A stretch of DNA of 64,000 nt from Bacteroidota bacterium (lineage in GTDB: Bacteria; Bacteroidota; Bacteroidia; Chitinophagales; Chitinophagaceae): positions 9,658 through 73,657 of the forward strand of contig CANHHX010000003.1 of NCBI GenBank assembly GCA_947461125.1, written 5' to 3'. Of this stretch, positions 1-10,320 are shown one piece after another. Below the pieces are notes generated by a model. That model saw only the letters and a program-made list of their open reading frames with translations, searched no databases and had not been told where the DNA came from. Within the stretch, counting starts at the first letter, position 1, and the number at the start of each line of letters is the position of its first letter. The translations under genes and the position numbers were made by a program.

Positions 1-1448
1 GTATAGTGGTAGTTGTTTGATTCGATGGTGTGTGCTAAGTCTAAACTAGCCCACTTTGTAAACTTAACGTTTGCAGAGTAGTTACCAATCCATCTTTGAG
101 AAACGTCATCACGCTTATTTTTCCAAGTAGAATAAAACGGATTACGCTCGTTACTCCAATGGTTGTGGCGTAAGTAGTAGGGTTGACCATCTACTGGGTT
201 AGCTAAGTTTAAATTATTGTCTGGCTCGGCAAGTACAATGTTAAAGAAGATACCACCACCATCACCAGGATACTGGGTTCTGGTATTGATTACAAGGTTA
301 GTAGCAGAAAGCTTTAACCATGGTGCAATTTGGTGATCTAAATTTAAACGGAAGTTTTGACGTGCATAACCGTTGGTATTTTGAACGATACCCGTTTGCT
401 TGTTGTTTTCAAAAGAAGCAAACATGTTTGTTTTTGAATAACGGCTAGAAACAGCAACATAGTTGGTCATGTTTGTACCAGTACCAAAAAATTCTTTTTG
501 TAAATCTTTAGTTACAGCAAAAGGATTATCCAGGTAGTGGTCTGCAGAGATTCTTCTTGAACCTACAATGTTAGGGTTGTAACCACCTATGTAGTTTGCT
601 GGGTAAGTAACGCCTGCATATTTTGTATATGCTTTTTGGGTAGACCAATCAGAAGCCAATTCAAAAGCATGGTTTTCTGCAAGGTCAATGTAGTTAGCGA
701 TTTGTTGGAAACCAACTTCATTTCTAACAGTAACCTTAGAAGAACCAATGTCTAATTTATTACCTCTTTTAGAAACGATAGCGATTACACCGTTTGCCGC
801 TCTTGAACCATAAAGTGCAGATGCCGCAGCACCTCTTACCACTTCCATTGCTTCAATATCGTCTACGTTGATGTCCGCTAAAGAACCATCAAGGATAACA
901 CCATCCACTAAAATAAGTGGAGAAGAACCAATACCTAAGTTGTTGTCACCACGTAACAAGATGTCAACGCCAGCTCCCGGAGAACCAGAAGTCATGCTAA
1001 CTCTTGCACCGGCAACTTTACCAACTAGTGCACCTGCTGCAGAAACAGCTGGAACAGCACTCAATCTTTCTTCACCTACTCTTGTTACAGATACGGTCAT
1101 TTTTTTCTTTGAAGTGGCACTCGCAACACCCGTTACAATTACTTCATCAAGCGCGCTTGTTGAAGGTTGAAGTGTTACAGTCATTCCTTTTGCAGCTGAA
1201 ACCTTTGCATCGGTATAGCCTACATAAGAAACGGTAAGTGTTGTACCTACTGCTACTCTAATACTAAATTCACCATTACCGCCAGTTAGTGCGCTAATGT
1301 TTCCAGATTTAACAGTTGCTCCTGAAAGAGCAGCGCCTGAATTAGATAGTACTTTACCATCTATAACAGTTTGCTGCGCTAGCGCAAACTTACTTGACGT
1401 AAGCATGAGCACTGCAACCATGAAAAATAAAAATTTTCTCATTTGCAT
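1..1448 (-). CDS. SusC/RagA-family TonB-dependent outer membrane receptor (N-terminal part; continues beyond window start)
   Basis: Absent from ORF track because truncated. Manual minus-strand translation from ATG at 1448 (or 1442): MQMRKFLFFMVAVLMLTSSKFALAQQ...LTVSYVGY...LDEVIVTG...PLILVDGV...INVDDIEAMEVVRGAAASALYGSRAANGVIAIVSKRG, the SusC plug signature. Confidence 0.93.
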   Translation of the reverse strand, partial: MQMRKFLFFMVAVLMLTSSKFALAQQTVIDGKVLSNSGAALSGATVKSGNISALTGGNGEFSIRVAVGTTLTVSYVGYTDAKVSAAKGMTVTLQPSTSALDEVIVTGVASATSKKKMTVSVTRVGEERLSAVPAVSAAGALVGKVAGARVSMTSGSPGAGVDILLRGDNNLGIGSSPLILVDGVILDGSLADINVDDIEAMEVVRGAAASALYGSRAANGVIAIVSKRGNKLDIGSSKVTVRNEVGFQQIANYIDLAENHAFELASDWSTQKAYTKYAGVTYPANYIGGYNPNIVGSRRISADHYLDNPFAVTKDLQKEFFGTGTNMTNYVAVSSRYSKTNMFASFENNKQTGIVQNTNGYARQNFRLNLDHQIAPWLKLSATNLVINTRTQYPGDGGGIFFNIVLAEPDNNLNLANPVDGQPYYLRHNHWSNERNPFYSTWKNKRDDVSQRWIGNYSANVKFTKWASLDLAHTIESNNYHY

Positions 1449-1493
1449 ATTATTTGGTTAAAAAATAAGAACCTAAGTTAAGTGATAGTTAAT

Positions 1494-1599
1494 AATTGTT
1501 AAAATTTATTTAACAATTGAGTATATTGCGTTCATTTTCAATATATTACAAACTAACGGCCTTTAGTTTTTTTAAGTAAACCTTGATTTTTTTAAGTAA
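1494..1599. promoter_or_regulatory. Putative regulator sites in the susC/folD divergent region
   Basis: 10-bp inverted repeat AATTGTTAAA-N5-TTTAACAATT (1494-1518); 13-bp direct repeat TTTTTTTAAGTAA at 1567 and 1587 (period 20). Confidence 0.4.
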
Positions 1600-1617
1600 T
1601 AATTCAAAAAATAGGGT

Positions 1618-1647
1618 TTTGTAGAGCGTCATTTTAGGGTACTTTTG
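1618..1647 (+). promoter_or_regulatory. Bacteroidota housekeeping promoter for folD (-33 TTTG / -7 TACTTTTG)
   Basis: TTTG 1618-1621 and TACTTTTG 1640-1647 match the TAnnTTTG consensus; ATG at 1652. Confidence 0.7.
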
Positions 1648-1651
1648 CAAC

Positions 1652-2527
1652 ATGTTAGTATTAGACGGAAAAATTGCAGCAGCAGCTGTAAAAGCATCCT
1701 TGCAAAAACAAACCGCAGCCCTTGCTGCAAATGGTAAAAGAGCGCCTCATTTGGCGGCAATATTGGTAGGTAATAATGGAGCTAGCGAAACGTATGTAGC
1801 CAGTAAGGTTAAAAATTGCGAAGAAACTGGCTTTATTTCGTCACTTATTCGACTCGACGAAAAAGTGTCTGAGGAAACCCTACTAAAAACCATACAAAAG
1901 TTAAACAACGATAATACGGTAGATGGGATTTTAGTGCAACTTCCATTACCCAAACACATTAGTGATCAAAAAGTAATTGAAGCCATCGATCCTAAAAAAG
2001 ACGTGGATGGTTTTCATCCGGTAAACGTTGGAAAATTAGTACAAGGCCTCGAAACCTTTATTCCGGCTACACCATACGGCATCATGTTATTACTTGAACA
2101 TTTTAATATTGATACCAAAGGCAAACACGCTGTTGTAGTAGGGCGTAGTAATATTGTAGGACGTCCCATGAGTATTTTATTAAGCAGCAACGTTAACAAA
2201 GGCAATTGCACGGTAACCATTTGTCATTCACATACCCCTAACATCGAATCGTTTTGTAAAGAAGCCGACATACTTGTAGCTGCACTTGGTAAGCCCGGAT
2301 TTATTACCGCCAACATGGTAAAACCTGGCGCTGTAATTATTGATGTTGGTATCACAAGAGTGGCAGATGAAACAACCAAAAGTGGTTTTAGAATTAAAGG
2401 CGATGTGGCCTACAACGAAGTATCTGAAATAGCAAGTGCTATTACGCCAGTACCTGGTGGCGTAGGACTTATGACCATTGCTGGACTTCTAAAAAATACC
2501 ATGCAAGCTTATTTGCAAAACACTTAA
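1652..2527 (+). CDS. folD: Bifunctional methylenetetrahydrofolate dehydrogenase/cyclohydrolase
   Basis: DGILVQLPLP, KDVDGFHP, GRSNIVGRP, ITPVPGGVG motifs. Confidence 0.97.
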   Translation: MLVLDGKIAAAAVKASLQKQTAALAANGKRAPHLAAILVGNNGASETYVASKVKNCEETGFISSLIRLDEKVSEETLLKTIQKLNNDNTVDGILVQLPLPKHISDQKVIEAIDPKKDVDGFHPVNVGKLVQGLETFIPATPYGIMLLLEHFNIDTKGKHAVVVGRSNIVGRPMSILLSSNVNKGNCTVTICHSHTPNIESFCKEADILVAALGKPGFITANMVKPGAVIIDVGITRVADETTKSGFRIKGDVAYNEVSEIASAITPVPGGVGLMTIAGLLKNTMQAYLQNT

Positions 2528-2534
2528 TCATTAC

Positions 2535-3155
2535 ATGAAAAGCCCAACCCTAACAACAGCGTCGTTACCCGTGATGGAGTATTTTTATACGCTCCAAGGC
2601 GAAGGCTATCATCAGGGTAGAGCTGCCTATTTTATTAGACTAGGTGGTTGTGATGTAGGTTGTGTGTGGTGCGATGTAAAAGATAGTTGGGACGCCAGTA
2701 AACACCCTTTACAAACAGTAGAATTTTTAGTGTCGGAAGTACAAAAAACACCGGCCAAATTAGTAGTGATAACAGGGGGTGAACCACTTCTGCACAATTT
2801 AGATGGATTAACCGCGGCACTTCAGGCAGCAGGGTTTGAAACCAATATTGAAACCTCTGGATCCTCTCCACTTTCTGGTAGCTGGAACTGGATTTGTTTA
2901 TCGCCTAAAAAATTTAAAGCACCCTTAGATCATGTGGTACAAGTAGCACAAGAATTAAAAGTGGTGATTTTTAATAAACATGATTTTGAATGGGCCGAAA
3001 CTTTTGCGGCGCAGGTACCTTCTACCTGTAAATTATACCTCCAACCAGAGTGGGAAAAAGCGTCAAGTATGCTGCCTTTAATTACGGAATATATTAAAGA
3101 AAACCCAAAATGGGAACTGAGTGCACAACTGCACAAATATATTAACGTACCTTAA
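2535..3155 (+). CDS. queE: 7-carboxy-7-deazaguanine synthase (radical SAM)
   Basis: FYTLQGEG, FIRLGGCDVGCVWCD (CX3CX2C), TGGEP, LSPK, QLHK. Confidence 0.93.
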   Translation: MKSPTLTTASLPVMEYFYTLQGEGYHQGRAAYFIRLGGCDVGCVWCDVKDSWDASKHPLQTVEFLVSEVQKTPAKLVVITGGEPLLHNLDGLTAALQAAGFETNIETSGSSPLSGSWNWICLSPKKFKAPLDHVVQVAQELKVVIFNKHDFEWAETFAAQVPSTCKLYLQPEWEKASSMLPLITEYIKENPKWELSAQLHKYINVP

Positions 3156-3159
3156 TTGC

Positions 3160-5103
3160 ATGAAGCAAAAAAGTATTGTTACAGGTTGCATTTGGGGCCT
3201 CTTTTTTTGTTGCCTCCTCGTTTTTTTTGTGCCCAGTTCGCATGCACAAACACCACGCCAATCTAGTAATACAAAAGCGCTAAAAAAATACAACGAAGCC
3301 ATTGTTGCACTTGAAGACAACCGCAGTGCAGAAGGCATTGCACTACTTGCAAACGTCTTACAAATAGACTCCAACTTTATAGATGCTTATTTATCACTTG
3401 CTGGCGCATACGGCAATACCAAACAGTATAAAAAAGCGGTTATTGTTTATGAACGCGCGCGACTAAAAGACAGTATTTATTGTACACCTTATCTACTACC
3501 CTATTCTATAAACCTTGCTGGGCTTGGTCAATTTGAAGAGGCGCTTACAGCCATTAATAATTTTTTAACCCTCGAGGGTTTAAGTGGCAGAAGTATTAAA
3601 GCGGCACAGTACCGAAAAAAAACCTACGAATTTGCACTTAGCACTGCCCAAAAAAATATAAATACAGGGTATGTTTTTTCACCAAAAAATTTAGGGGACA
3701 GTGTAAACTCTACTAATTCCGAATATTATCCCTCTGTAACAGTTACCGATGACGCACTTGTGTTTACAAGACGCACGGGTAATGCCAGAGAAGATTTTAT
3801 GTTAAGTGGCATTCCGCACAAAGACAGTTTTAATAAAGCAGCGCCACTTGAAGGTGATATCAATTTGGAACCGCGCAAAGGCGCCATTACTGTATCGCAG
3901 GATGGCGACTGGTTATTTTTTGCGGCTGATATTGCGGGTGCTGGACTTGGTGATTTTGATATTTACAAATCCGTGTATACCCCAACAGGCTGGAGTATAG
4001 AAGAAAATTTGGGAGACTCGGTCAATACAGATTTTTGGGAAAGTTCGCCCGCCATTAGTCCCGACAAACGCGCACTGTATTTTAGTAGCACTAGACCTGG
4101 CGGATACGGTGGTGCCGACTTATACGTGAGTTATTTAAAACCAAATGGACGCTGGACCGAAGCAGTAAATATGGGTCCTACTATTAATACCGCTGGTGAT
4201 GAAATGGCACCTTTTATTCACGCGGATAATCAAACACTTTATTTTACATCGGACGGCTTACCCGGTTATGGTGGATCCGATTTATTTGTACTCAAAAAAT
4301 TATCAAATGGACAGTGGGGCAACCCAGAAAATATGGGCTACCCTATAAATACGATTGAAAATGAAGGTAGTTTAGCCGTTGCCGCCGATGGCTACACCGC
4401 TTACTATGCAAGCGATAGAGAAGATAGCAGGGGTGGACTCGATATTTATTCTTTTACATTACCTGCACATGCAAGGCCGTTTAAAACCATTTATGTAAAA
4501 GGGGTTGTTACAGATTTGATTTCTAAAAAAGGATTGCCTGCTAATTTAGAATTAACAGACAACGCAAGTGGCACACTCATTAATAAAGTACAAACCGACG
4601 AGCTCGGACATTATTTTATTACCCTCCCGGAAGGAAAAGATTATACGTTTACCGTGAACAGAAAAGGATATTTATTTTATTCGAGCGCGTATGCATTATC
4701 TAGTGCAGCACCGGATAGTACCTATATTAAAAATATTGCTCTAGAACCTATTAAACTGGCGTCAAATTTTGTGTTCACACAAGTCTTATTTGACAACAAT
4801 AGTTATGCGCTTTTACCAGCTTCATTACCGGAATTAAATAAGCTAGTACAAATTTTAGAAGAGAACCCTAGCATGCATATTCAAATTAGTGGTTACACAG
4901 ATAATGTTGGTAAGGCAGCCGATAATCTTGTACTCTCTTCAAACAGAGCTAAATCCATTGTAAACTATTTATCGGGTAAAGGCATTGCTACGGAAAGGCT
5001 TACCTACAAAGGGTTTGGAAGCGATAACCCTATTGCCACCAACGAAACAGCTGCGGGTCGTGCACTAAACAGACGCACGAGTTTTACCATCACACGCTTG
5101 TAG
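3160..5103 (+). CDS. OmpA-family protein with TPR, PD40 repeats and carboxypeptidase-regulatory-like domain (PorE-like architecture)
   Basis: ATG at 3160; signal peptide ending SHA-Q; repeated NLGxxVN...P...LYFSS..GGYGG.DLY units; C-terminal GYTDNVG...LSSNRA...GRALNRR OmpA-C domain. Confidence 0.88.
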   Translation: MKQKSIVTGCIWGLFFCCLLVFFVPSSHAQTPRQSSNTKALKKYNEAIVALEDNRSAEGIALLANVLQIDSNFIDAYLSLAGAYGNTKQYKKAVIVYERARLKDSIYCTPYLLPYSINLAGLGQFEEALTAINNFLTLEGLSGRSIKAAQYRKKTYEFALSTAQKNINTGYVFSPKNLGDSVNSTNSEYYPSVTVTDDALVFTRRTGNAREDFMLSGIPHKDSFNKAAPLEGDINLEPRKGAITVSQDGDWLFFAADIAGAGLGDFDIYKSVYTPTGWSIEENLGDSVNTDFWESSPAISPDKRALYFSSTRPGGYGGADLYVSYLKPNGRWTEAVNMGPTINTAGDEMAPFIHADNQTLYFTSDGLPGYGGSDLFVLKKLSNGQWGNPENMGYPINTIENEGSLAVAADGYTAYYASDREDSRGGLDIYSFTLPAHARPFKTIYVKGVVTDLISKKGLPANLELTDNASGTLINKVQTDELGHYFITLPEGKDYTFTVNRKGYLFYSSAYALSSAAPDSTYIKNIALEPIKLASNFVFTQVLFDNNSYALLPASLPELNKLVQILEENPSMHIQISGYTDNVGKAADNLVLSSNRAKSIVNYLSGKGIATERLTYKGFGSDNPIATNETAAGRALNRRTSFTITRL

Positions 5104-5113
5104 TTTTTGTTGT

Positions 5114-5145
5114 GCGTTTTTGACGTTGCGCGTTTTTGACGTTGC
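5114..5145. repeat. 16-bp tandem duplication GCGTTTTTGACGTTGC x2 in a G/T-rich intergenic tract
   Basis: Exact copies at 5114-5129 and 5130-5145. Confidence 0.85.
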
Positions 5146-5258
5146 GCGCGCAGGTGTTGCTGGTTTTGTGCCTGCGTTGTTGCGGGTTTGTGCCGGCGCA
5201 TATTTTCTAGTACAACTACCTGTTGTTGTTTGAAGCATATGCGTGAGCTTGCATCATC

Positions 5259-6374
5259 ATGGACACAAATATTTTCGACACCGAACTTCGCTATCAAATT
5301 GCACTTACACAAATAGACTCGATTGGACCTAGCCTTGCCAAACATTTGTTGGAACGTTTTGGAACCGCACGCGGCGTATTCAATGCTTCTAAAAAAGATT
5401 TATTAGACATCGAATATTTTGGCAATTACCGCGCCGAAAAAATTATCCGCTTCAATAATTTTACAAACGCCGATGCCGAAGTTTTATTTGTACAACAAAA
5501 ACAAATCACGCCCTTATTTATCAATGATGCGGCCTACCCAAAAAAATTAGCTGCCTGCTCCGATGCCCCTACCATACTGTATTACAAAGGAACGGCACCC
5601 ATCAATCAGTCCCGCGTTATCAGCATTGTTGGCACTAGACTGCCCACGCATTATGGCAAATGGCTCACCACATTAATTATAGAGCAACTCGCCCCATACA
5701 ATCCACTTATTATTAGTGGACTTGCCTATGGTATCGATGTAACCGCACACCAAAGCGCACTCAATTGCAACTTGCAAACAGTAGGTGTACTTGCACATTC
5801 ACTTGCTACGATTTATCCGGCCGCACATCAGCATATTGCAAATGATATGATCGCAAGTGGTGGTCTTTTAACAGAACTCTCCTCAACAGCACGCATCGAA
5901 AAATTTAATTTTCCAAAACGTAACCGCATCGTAGCAGGTTTATCTGATGCTACCATTGTTATCGAAACAGAAACAAAAGGCGGCAGCATGATTACCGCAA
6001 ACCTAGCCTTCGATTACGACAGACAAGTGTTTGCCTGCCCCGGAAAAATTACCGACAAAAAAAGTAGTGGTTGTTTGCAGCTCATTCAAACACACAAAGC
6101 CGCCATGTTAGATTCCGTAGCCACTTTTATTGAAGCACTGGGCTGGGCTCCCATCGCCACCAAACCAATGGCGCCAAAAGTGCAGCAAAACTTAACAGAC
6201 TCAGAAAAAACAATTCTAGCCCTACTGGATCATCAAATACCTGTTGCTATCGATGAAATTTACCTCAAAAGCATGCTCCCCAACGCCGTTTTAGCGGGCA
6301 GCCTGCTCAATTTAGAGCTCTATGGCCTCATTGGCGCACTGCCTGGCAAAACATACCTACGGCTACTGGGCTAA
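5259..6374 (+). CDS. dprA: DNA-processing protein DprA
   Basis: SIVGTR, ISGLAYGID, FPKRNRIVAGLS, GGSMITA; C-terminal winged helix. Confidence 0.95.
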   Translation: MDTNIFDTELRYQIALTQIDSIGPSLAKHLLERFGTARGVFNASKKDLLDIEYFGNYRAEKIIRFNNFTNADAEVLFVQQKQITPLFINDAAYPKKLAACSDAPTILYYKGTAPINQSRVISIVGTRLPTHYGKWLTTLIIEQLAPYNPLIISGLAYGIDVTAHQSALNCNLQTVGVLAHSLATIYPAAHQHIANDMIASGGLLTELSSTARIEKFNFPKRNRIVAGLSDATIVIETETKGGSMITANLAFDYDRQVFACPGKITDKKSSGCLQLIQTHKAAMLDSVATFIEALGWAPIATKPMAPKVQQNLTDSEKTILALLDHQIPVAIDEIYLKSMLPNAVLAGSLLNLELYGLIGALPGKTYLRLLG

Positions 6375-6382
6375 ATCATTTT

Positions 6383-6415
6383 TTTGGCTGAAATATGCGG
6401 TTCCTATTATCTTTG
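6383..6415 (+). promoter_or_regulatory. Housekeeping promoter for guaB (-33 TTTG / -7 TATCTTTG)
   Basis: TTTG 6383-6386, 21-nt spacer, TATCTTTG 6408-6415, ATG at 6419. Confidence 0.72.
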
Positions 6416-6418
6416 CAC

Positions 6419-7918
6419 ATGGCAACAAGAAATACAAAGACCGCCAACAAGGCAACAAGTGCTAGATTATTTGGAGAAGGGCTAACGTTCGACGACGTTT
6501 TACTCATGCCAGCCTACTCCGAAATTTTACCCCGAGACACCGACATCCGCTCTCAACTTACAAAGTCCATCACGCTAAATGTACCCATGTTATCCGCTGC
6601 AATGGATACGGTTACAGAAGCCAACCTCGCTATTGCGCTTGCGCGCGAAGGCGGCATTGGTATTTTACACAAAAACATGAGTATCGACAAACAAGCCGAG
6701 CAAGTAAGACGTGTAAAAAGAAGTGAAAGCGGCATGATTGTTGACCCCGTTACCCTTTTAGTAGACGCCACCATTGGAGACGCACTTAAATTAATGCGCG
6801 ACAATAAAATTGGCGGTATCCCTATTGTAGACGCCGGACAAAAATTGGTAGGTATTTTAACCAATAGAGACCTTCGTTTTGAAACAGACAAAAAACGCAA
6901 GGTAAAAGAAGTAATGACGAGAGAAAATTTAGTGATTGCGCCAGAAGGTACCGACCTCAAAAAAGCAGAAATTATTTTACGCAAACATAAGATCGAAAAA
7001 TTACCCGTTGTAAACAAACAAGGTAAACTGATTGGTCTGATCACCTACCGCGATATTTTACAACTACGTAATTTTCCAAACGCCGTTAAAGATGGCATTG
7101 GACGTTTACTAGTGGGTGCTGCACTTGGAATCACTTCCGATTTAATGGATAGAGCCGCAGCACTTCAATACGTTGGCGTAGACGTGGTAACACTCGATAG
7201 CGCACACGGACATAGCAAAGGTGTTATTGAAGCACTCAAAGCACTCCGCAAAAATTTTAAAGGACTACAAATTATAGCTGGTAATGTGGGTACGGCCCAG
7301 GGCGCCCTTGCGCTTGCCGCAGCCGGCGCCGACTGCGTTAAAGTGGGCATAGGGCCCGGTTCTATTTGCACCACTCGTATCGTAGCGGGTGCGGGTGTCC
7401 CGCAGCTTACGGCCATCATGGAAGCTAGCATGGCCCTAAAATCTAAGGGGATCCCGGTAATTGCAGATGGCGGTATCCGTTACACCGGCGACATGGTAAA
7501 AGCACTTGCTGCTGGCGCCAACGTAGTAATGATGGGATCTGTTTTTGCAGGTACCGAAGAAAGCCCTGGCGACACCATTATTTATGAAGGACGTAAGTTT
7601 AAAGAATACCGTGGCATGGGAAGCTTAGGCGCCATGAGTCAAGGAAGTGGCGACCGTTATTTCCAAGACGTAGAAGCGGATATTAAAAAATATGTTCCAG
7701 AAGGCATCGAAGGACGCGTTGCATACAAAGGAAATATCTCTGAAATTATTTACCAGTATGTGGGTGGATTAAGATCAGGTATGGGCTACTGCGGTGCTAA
7801 AAATATCAAAGCATTACAGCAAGCAACTTTTGTAAAAATTACAAACGCGGGCATGAAAGAAAGCCATGCACACGATATTGATATCACAAAAGAAGCCCCT
7901 AATTATAGCCGTAAATAA
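6419..7918 (+). CDS. guaB: IMP dehydrogenase with CBS pair
   Basis: [43 protein letters not shown]. Start placed at 6419, after the promoter. Confidence 0.97.
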   Translation: MATRNTKTANKATSARLFGEGLTFDDVLLMPAYSEILPRDTDIRSQLTKSITLNVPMLSAAMDTVTEANLAIALAREGGIGILHKNMSIDKQAEQVRRVKRSESGMIVDPVTLLVDATIGDALKLMRDNKIGGIPIVDAGQKLVGILTNRDLRFETDKKRKVKEVMTRENLVIAPEGTDLKKAEIILRKHKIEKLPVVNKQGKLIGLITYRDILQLRNFPNAVKDGIGRLLVGAALGITSDLMDRAAALQYVGVDVVTLDSAHGHSKGVIEALKALRKNFKGLQIIAGNVGTAQGALALAAAGADCVKVGIGPGSICTTRIVAGAGVPQLTAIMEASMALKSKGIPVIADGGIRYTGDMVKALAAGANVVMMGSVFAGTEESPGDTIIYEGRKFKEYRGMGSLGAMSQGSGDRYFQDVEADIKKYVPEGIEGRVAYKGNISEIIYQYVGGLRSGMGYCGAKNIKALQQATFVKITNAGMKESHAHDIDITKEAPNYSRK

Positions 7919-7927
7919 TATCACGAC

Positions 7928-9508
7928 TTGAAAAAATCAACCCTACTCGGTTATAGTATTTTAACAGGCCTGTTACTCGTTGTAGCATGGCCTGTTTTTT
8001 GGTTGGCACTACTTTTATTTGTAGCCTGGGTGCCCCTACTTATTATTGCGAATAACGTTACCAAAAAACTACACTTTTTTGGCTACACATTTTTGTCGGT
8101 ACTCATTTGGAATGTTGGCACTACCTATTGGATGTGGAACTCCACCGATGTAGGTAGCGTAGCGGCCATCATCGCTAACAGCCTACTCATGTGCGTGCCC
8201 TGGCTATTTTATTTTACTGCCGCACAAAAAAATAAAAACATTGGCTTTTTTACACTCATTGTTTCGTGGCTCACTTTCGAATACATCCATTTAAACTGGC
8301 AAATTAGCTGGCCCTGGCTCACGCTAGGCAATGGGTTTGCGATGCACACCAGCGTGATTCAGTGGTACGAATACACCGGCGTAGCCGGTGGAAGTTTATG
8401 GATACTACTCATGAACATACTTGTGTTCAAATTAGTCCTCGCAAAAAAAGAAAAGCAGCCCATCAAAAAAAACATCGTTCAAATCGTATCGTTTTTTATT
8501 GTGCCAGTTGTTTGCTCAAACCTCATACTCAGCTATCAAAAAACACAAGCCAACACGAGTTCCAAAAATGCAAATAGTACACAAAATGTATTAGTGGTAC
8601 AACCCAATATTGATCCCTATCAAAAGTTTGAAATTTCTAGTGCGTCATCGCAAATTGCAGCGCTCATTAACGCCACCGAATCAAACATGGATAGTAGCAC
8701 CACCCTGGTACTATGGCCAGAAACAGCCATGAGCGTTGCCGACTGGCAGGACAATATTACCACCAACCCCTACTACCAACCCATATTTGAATTTAGTAAA
8801 AGACATCCAAGGCTTAATATTTTATCGGGTATCGAAACCTATAAAAAATATGGCGCCACCAAAGAAACACCCACCGCCAAACAATCGAGCGATGGCAGTT
8901 TTTACTACGACGCATTTAATGCAGCCGTATACATTAACAACGGAACGCCGCTTGCTTTTTACAACAAAAGTAAACTCGTGCCAGGTGTAGAAACCCTTCC
9001 TACCTTTTTAAATTTTTTAGGTCCGCTCCTCGAGCAGTTTGGGGGCTCCACCGGTGGGTACGGAAAATCAAAAGAAGCAGAGGTATTTACCAGTAATGGA
9101 TGCCAGTATATTAGTGCGCCCATCATTTGCTACGAAAGTATTTACGGCGCTTATGTAGGCACTTACAAACAAAAGAGTGCTAACCTGCTAGCCATTATTA
9201 CCAACGACGGTTGGTGGGGCAACACCAGCGGGCACAAACAGCATTTACTGTATGCTGCACTTAGAGCCATAGAAACAAGAACCTGGGTGGCGCGCAGTGC
9301 CAATACGGGCATATCAGCGGTAATTGATCCACTCGGAAACATAGTAGCACAAAAAGGTTGGGATGAAAAAGCGGTTATTAAATACAGTATACCAACAAAA
9401 TCTACCCTTACTTTTTACGCAAAATATGGCGACTGGTTGTATTTGATTTTTTCATGTTTTGCGGTTCTACTAATCCTACAAGGTGCATATAAGCGCTTTA
9501 AAAAATAA
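7928..9508 (+). CDS. lnt: Apolipoprotein N-acyltransferase
   Basis: N-terminal TM helices; VQPNI, LWPETA, YNKSKLVPGVE, ICYES, TNDGWW, RSANTGIS (E-K-C triad). Confidence 0.93.
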   Translation: MKKSTLLGYSILTGLLLVVAWPVFWLALLLFVAWVPLLIIANNVTKKLHFFGYTFLSVLIWNVGTTYWMWNSTDVGSVAAIIANSLLMCVPWLFYFTAAQKNKNIGFFTLIVSWLTFEYIHLNWQISWPWLTLGNGFAMHTSVIQWYEYTGVAGGSLWILLMNILVFKLVLAKKEKQPIKKNIVQIVSFFIVPVVCSNLILSYQKTQANTSSKNANSTQNVLVVQPNIDPYQKFEISSASSQIAALINATESNMDSSTTLVLWPETAMSVADWQDNITTNPYYQPIFEFSKRHPRLNILSGIETYKKYGATKETPTAKQSSDGSFYYDAFNAAVYINNGTPLAFYNKSKLVPGVETLPTFLNFLGPLLEQFGGSTGGYGKSKEAEVFTSNGCQYISAPIICYESIYGAYVGTYKQKSANLLAIITNDGWWGNTSGHKQHLLYAALRAIETRTWVARSANTGISAVIDPLGNIVAQKGWDEKAVIKYSIPTKSTLTFYAKYGDWLYLIFSCFAVLLILQGAYKRFKK

Positions 9509-9510
9509 GC

Positions 9511-10320
9511 ATGGAAACCCGTTCATTTGAATTTGACAAACACCAAATGTGTTATACAAAAACGGGCGCTGGGCCCGCCGTTATTTTACTACATGGCTTT
9601 GGAGAAGACCACCGCATATTTAATAGCACCGTTTCAGCACTCGAAAAAAATTATACGGTATACACACCTGATTTACTAGGTACAGGCATATCGTCCATAA
9701 ATACATTTTCATCAAATTTTTCGATCGAATATTTAGCAGATAGCATAGCAGCTTTCATTGAAAATGAAAAAATTGAAAACTGTACTTTACTCGGACATAG
9801 TATGGGTGGATACGTAACGTTGGCTTTTGCAAAAAAATACCCACAGGTTCTAAAAGGTTTTGGATTACTTCATTCAACCGCTTTACCAGACACACCCATT
9901 AAAATTGAAAATAGAACGCGGGGCATTTCTTTTATACAAAAATTTGGCGCCACTACTTTTTTAGAAACAACAGCGCCTAATTTATTTGGCACCTACACAC
10001 AAAAAAACCACCCGCAATTAATTACTGAATTTATACAGTCGATACCAGCATTTTCCAATGAGGCCCTTACTTTTTATTACCAAGCCATGATGGCCCGCCC
10101 AGATTTAACTTCAGTTTTAGAGACCACCTCCTCACCAGTGCTATTTATTTTAGGCGACCAGGACATGCCAGTAGCACTAGAAGACACTTTACCGCAAACA
10201 AAAATGCCCAAGACCGCGTATCTTTATGTGCTAGAAAATTGTGGCCACATGGGTATGCTTGAACAACCCACAAATTTCAACAACGCGGTACTCGATTTTT
10301 TGGATAAAGTCAATGCATGA
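9511..10320 (+). CDS. Alpha/beta hydrolase
   Basis: LLHGF, GHSMGG nucleophile elbow, C-terminal GH. Confidence 0.9.
   Translation: METRSFEFDKHQMCYTKTGAGPAVILLHGFGEDHRIFNSTVSALEKNYTVYTPDLLGTGISSINTFSSNFSIEYLADSIAAFIENEKIENCTLLGHSMGGYVTLAFAKKYPQVLKGFGLLHSTALPDTPIKIENRTRGISFIQKFGATTFLETTAPNLFGTYTQKNHPQLITEFIQSIPAFSNEALTFYYQAMMARPDLTSVLETTSSPVLFILGDQDMPVALEDTLPQTKMPKTAYLYVLENCGHMGMLEQPTNFNNAVLDFLDKVNA

Noticed and set aside
868-1237. Plus-strand ORFs 868-1170 and 1004-1237
   Set aside because: Antisense to the clearly recognisable SusC gene on the minus strand.
2535-3155. queE as part of a 7-deazaguanine DNA-modification (dpd) defence island
   Set aside because: No dpdA/tgt-like, helicase or nuclease genes nearby; the housekeeping context fits tRNA queuosine synthesis.
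5004-5345. Minus-strand 113-aa ORF across the G/T-rich tract
   Set aside because: Overlaps both flanking genes in antisense; the open frame is explained by low-complexity composition.
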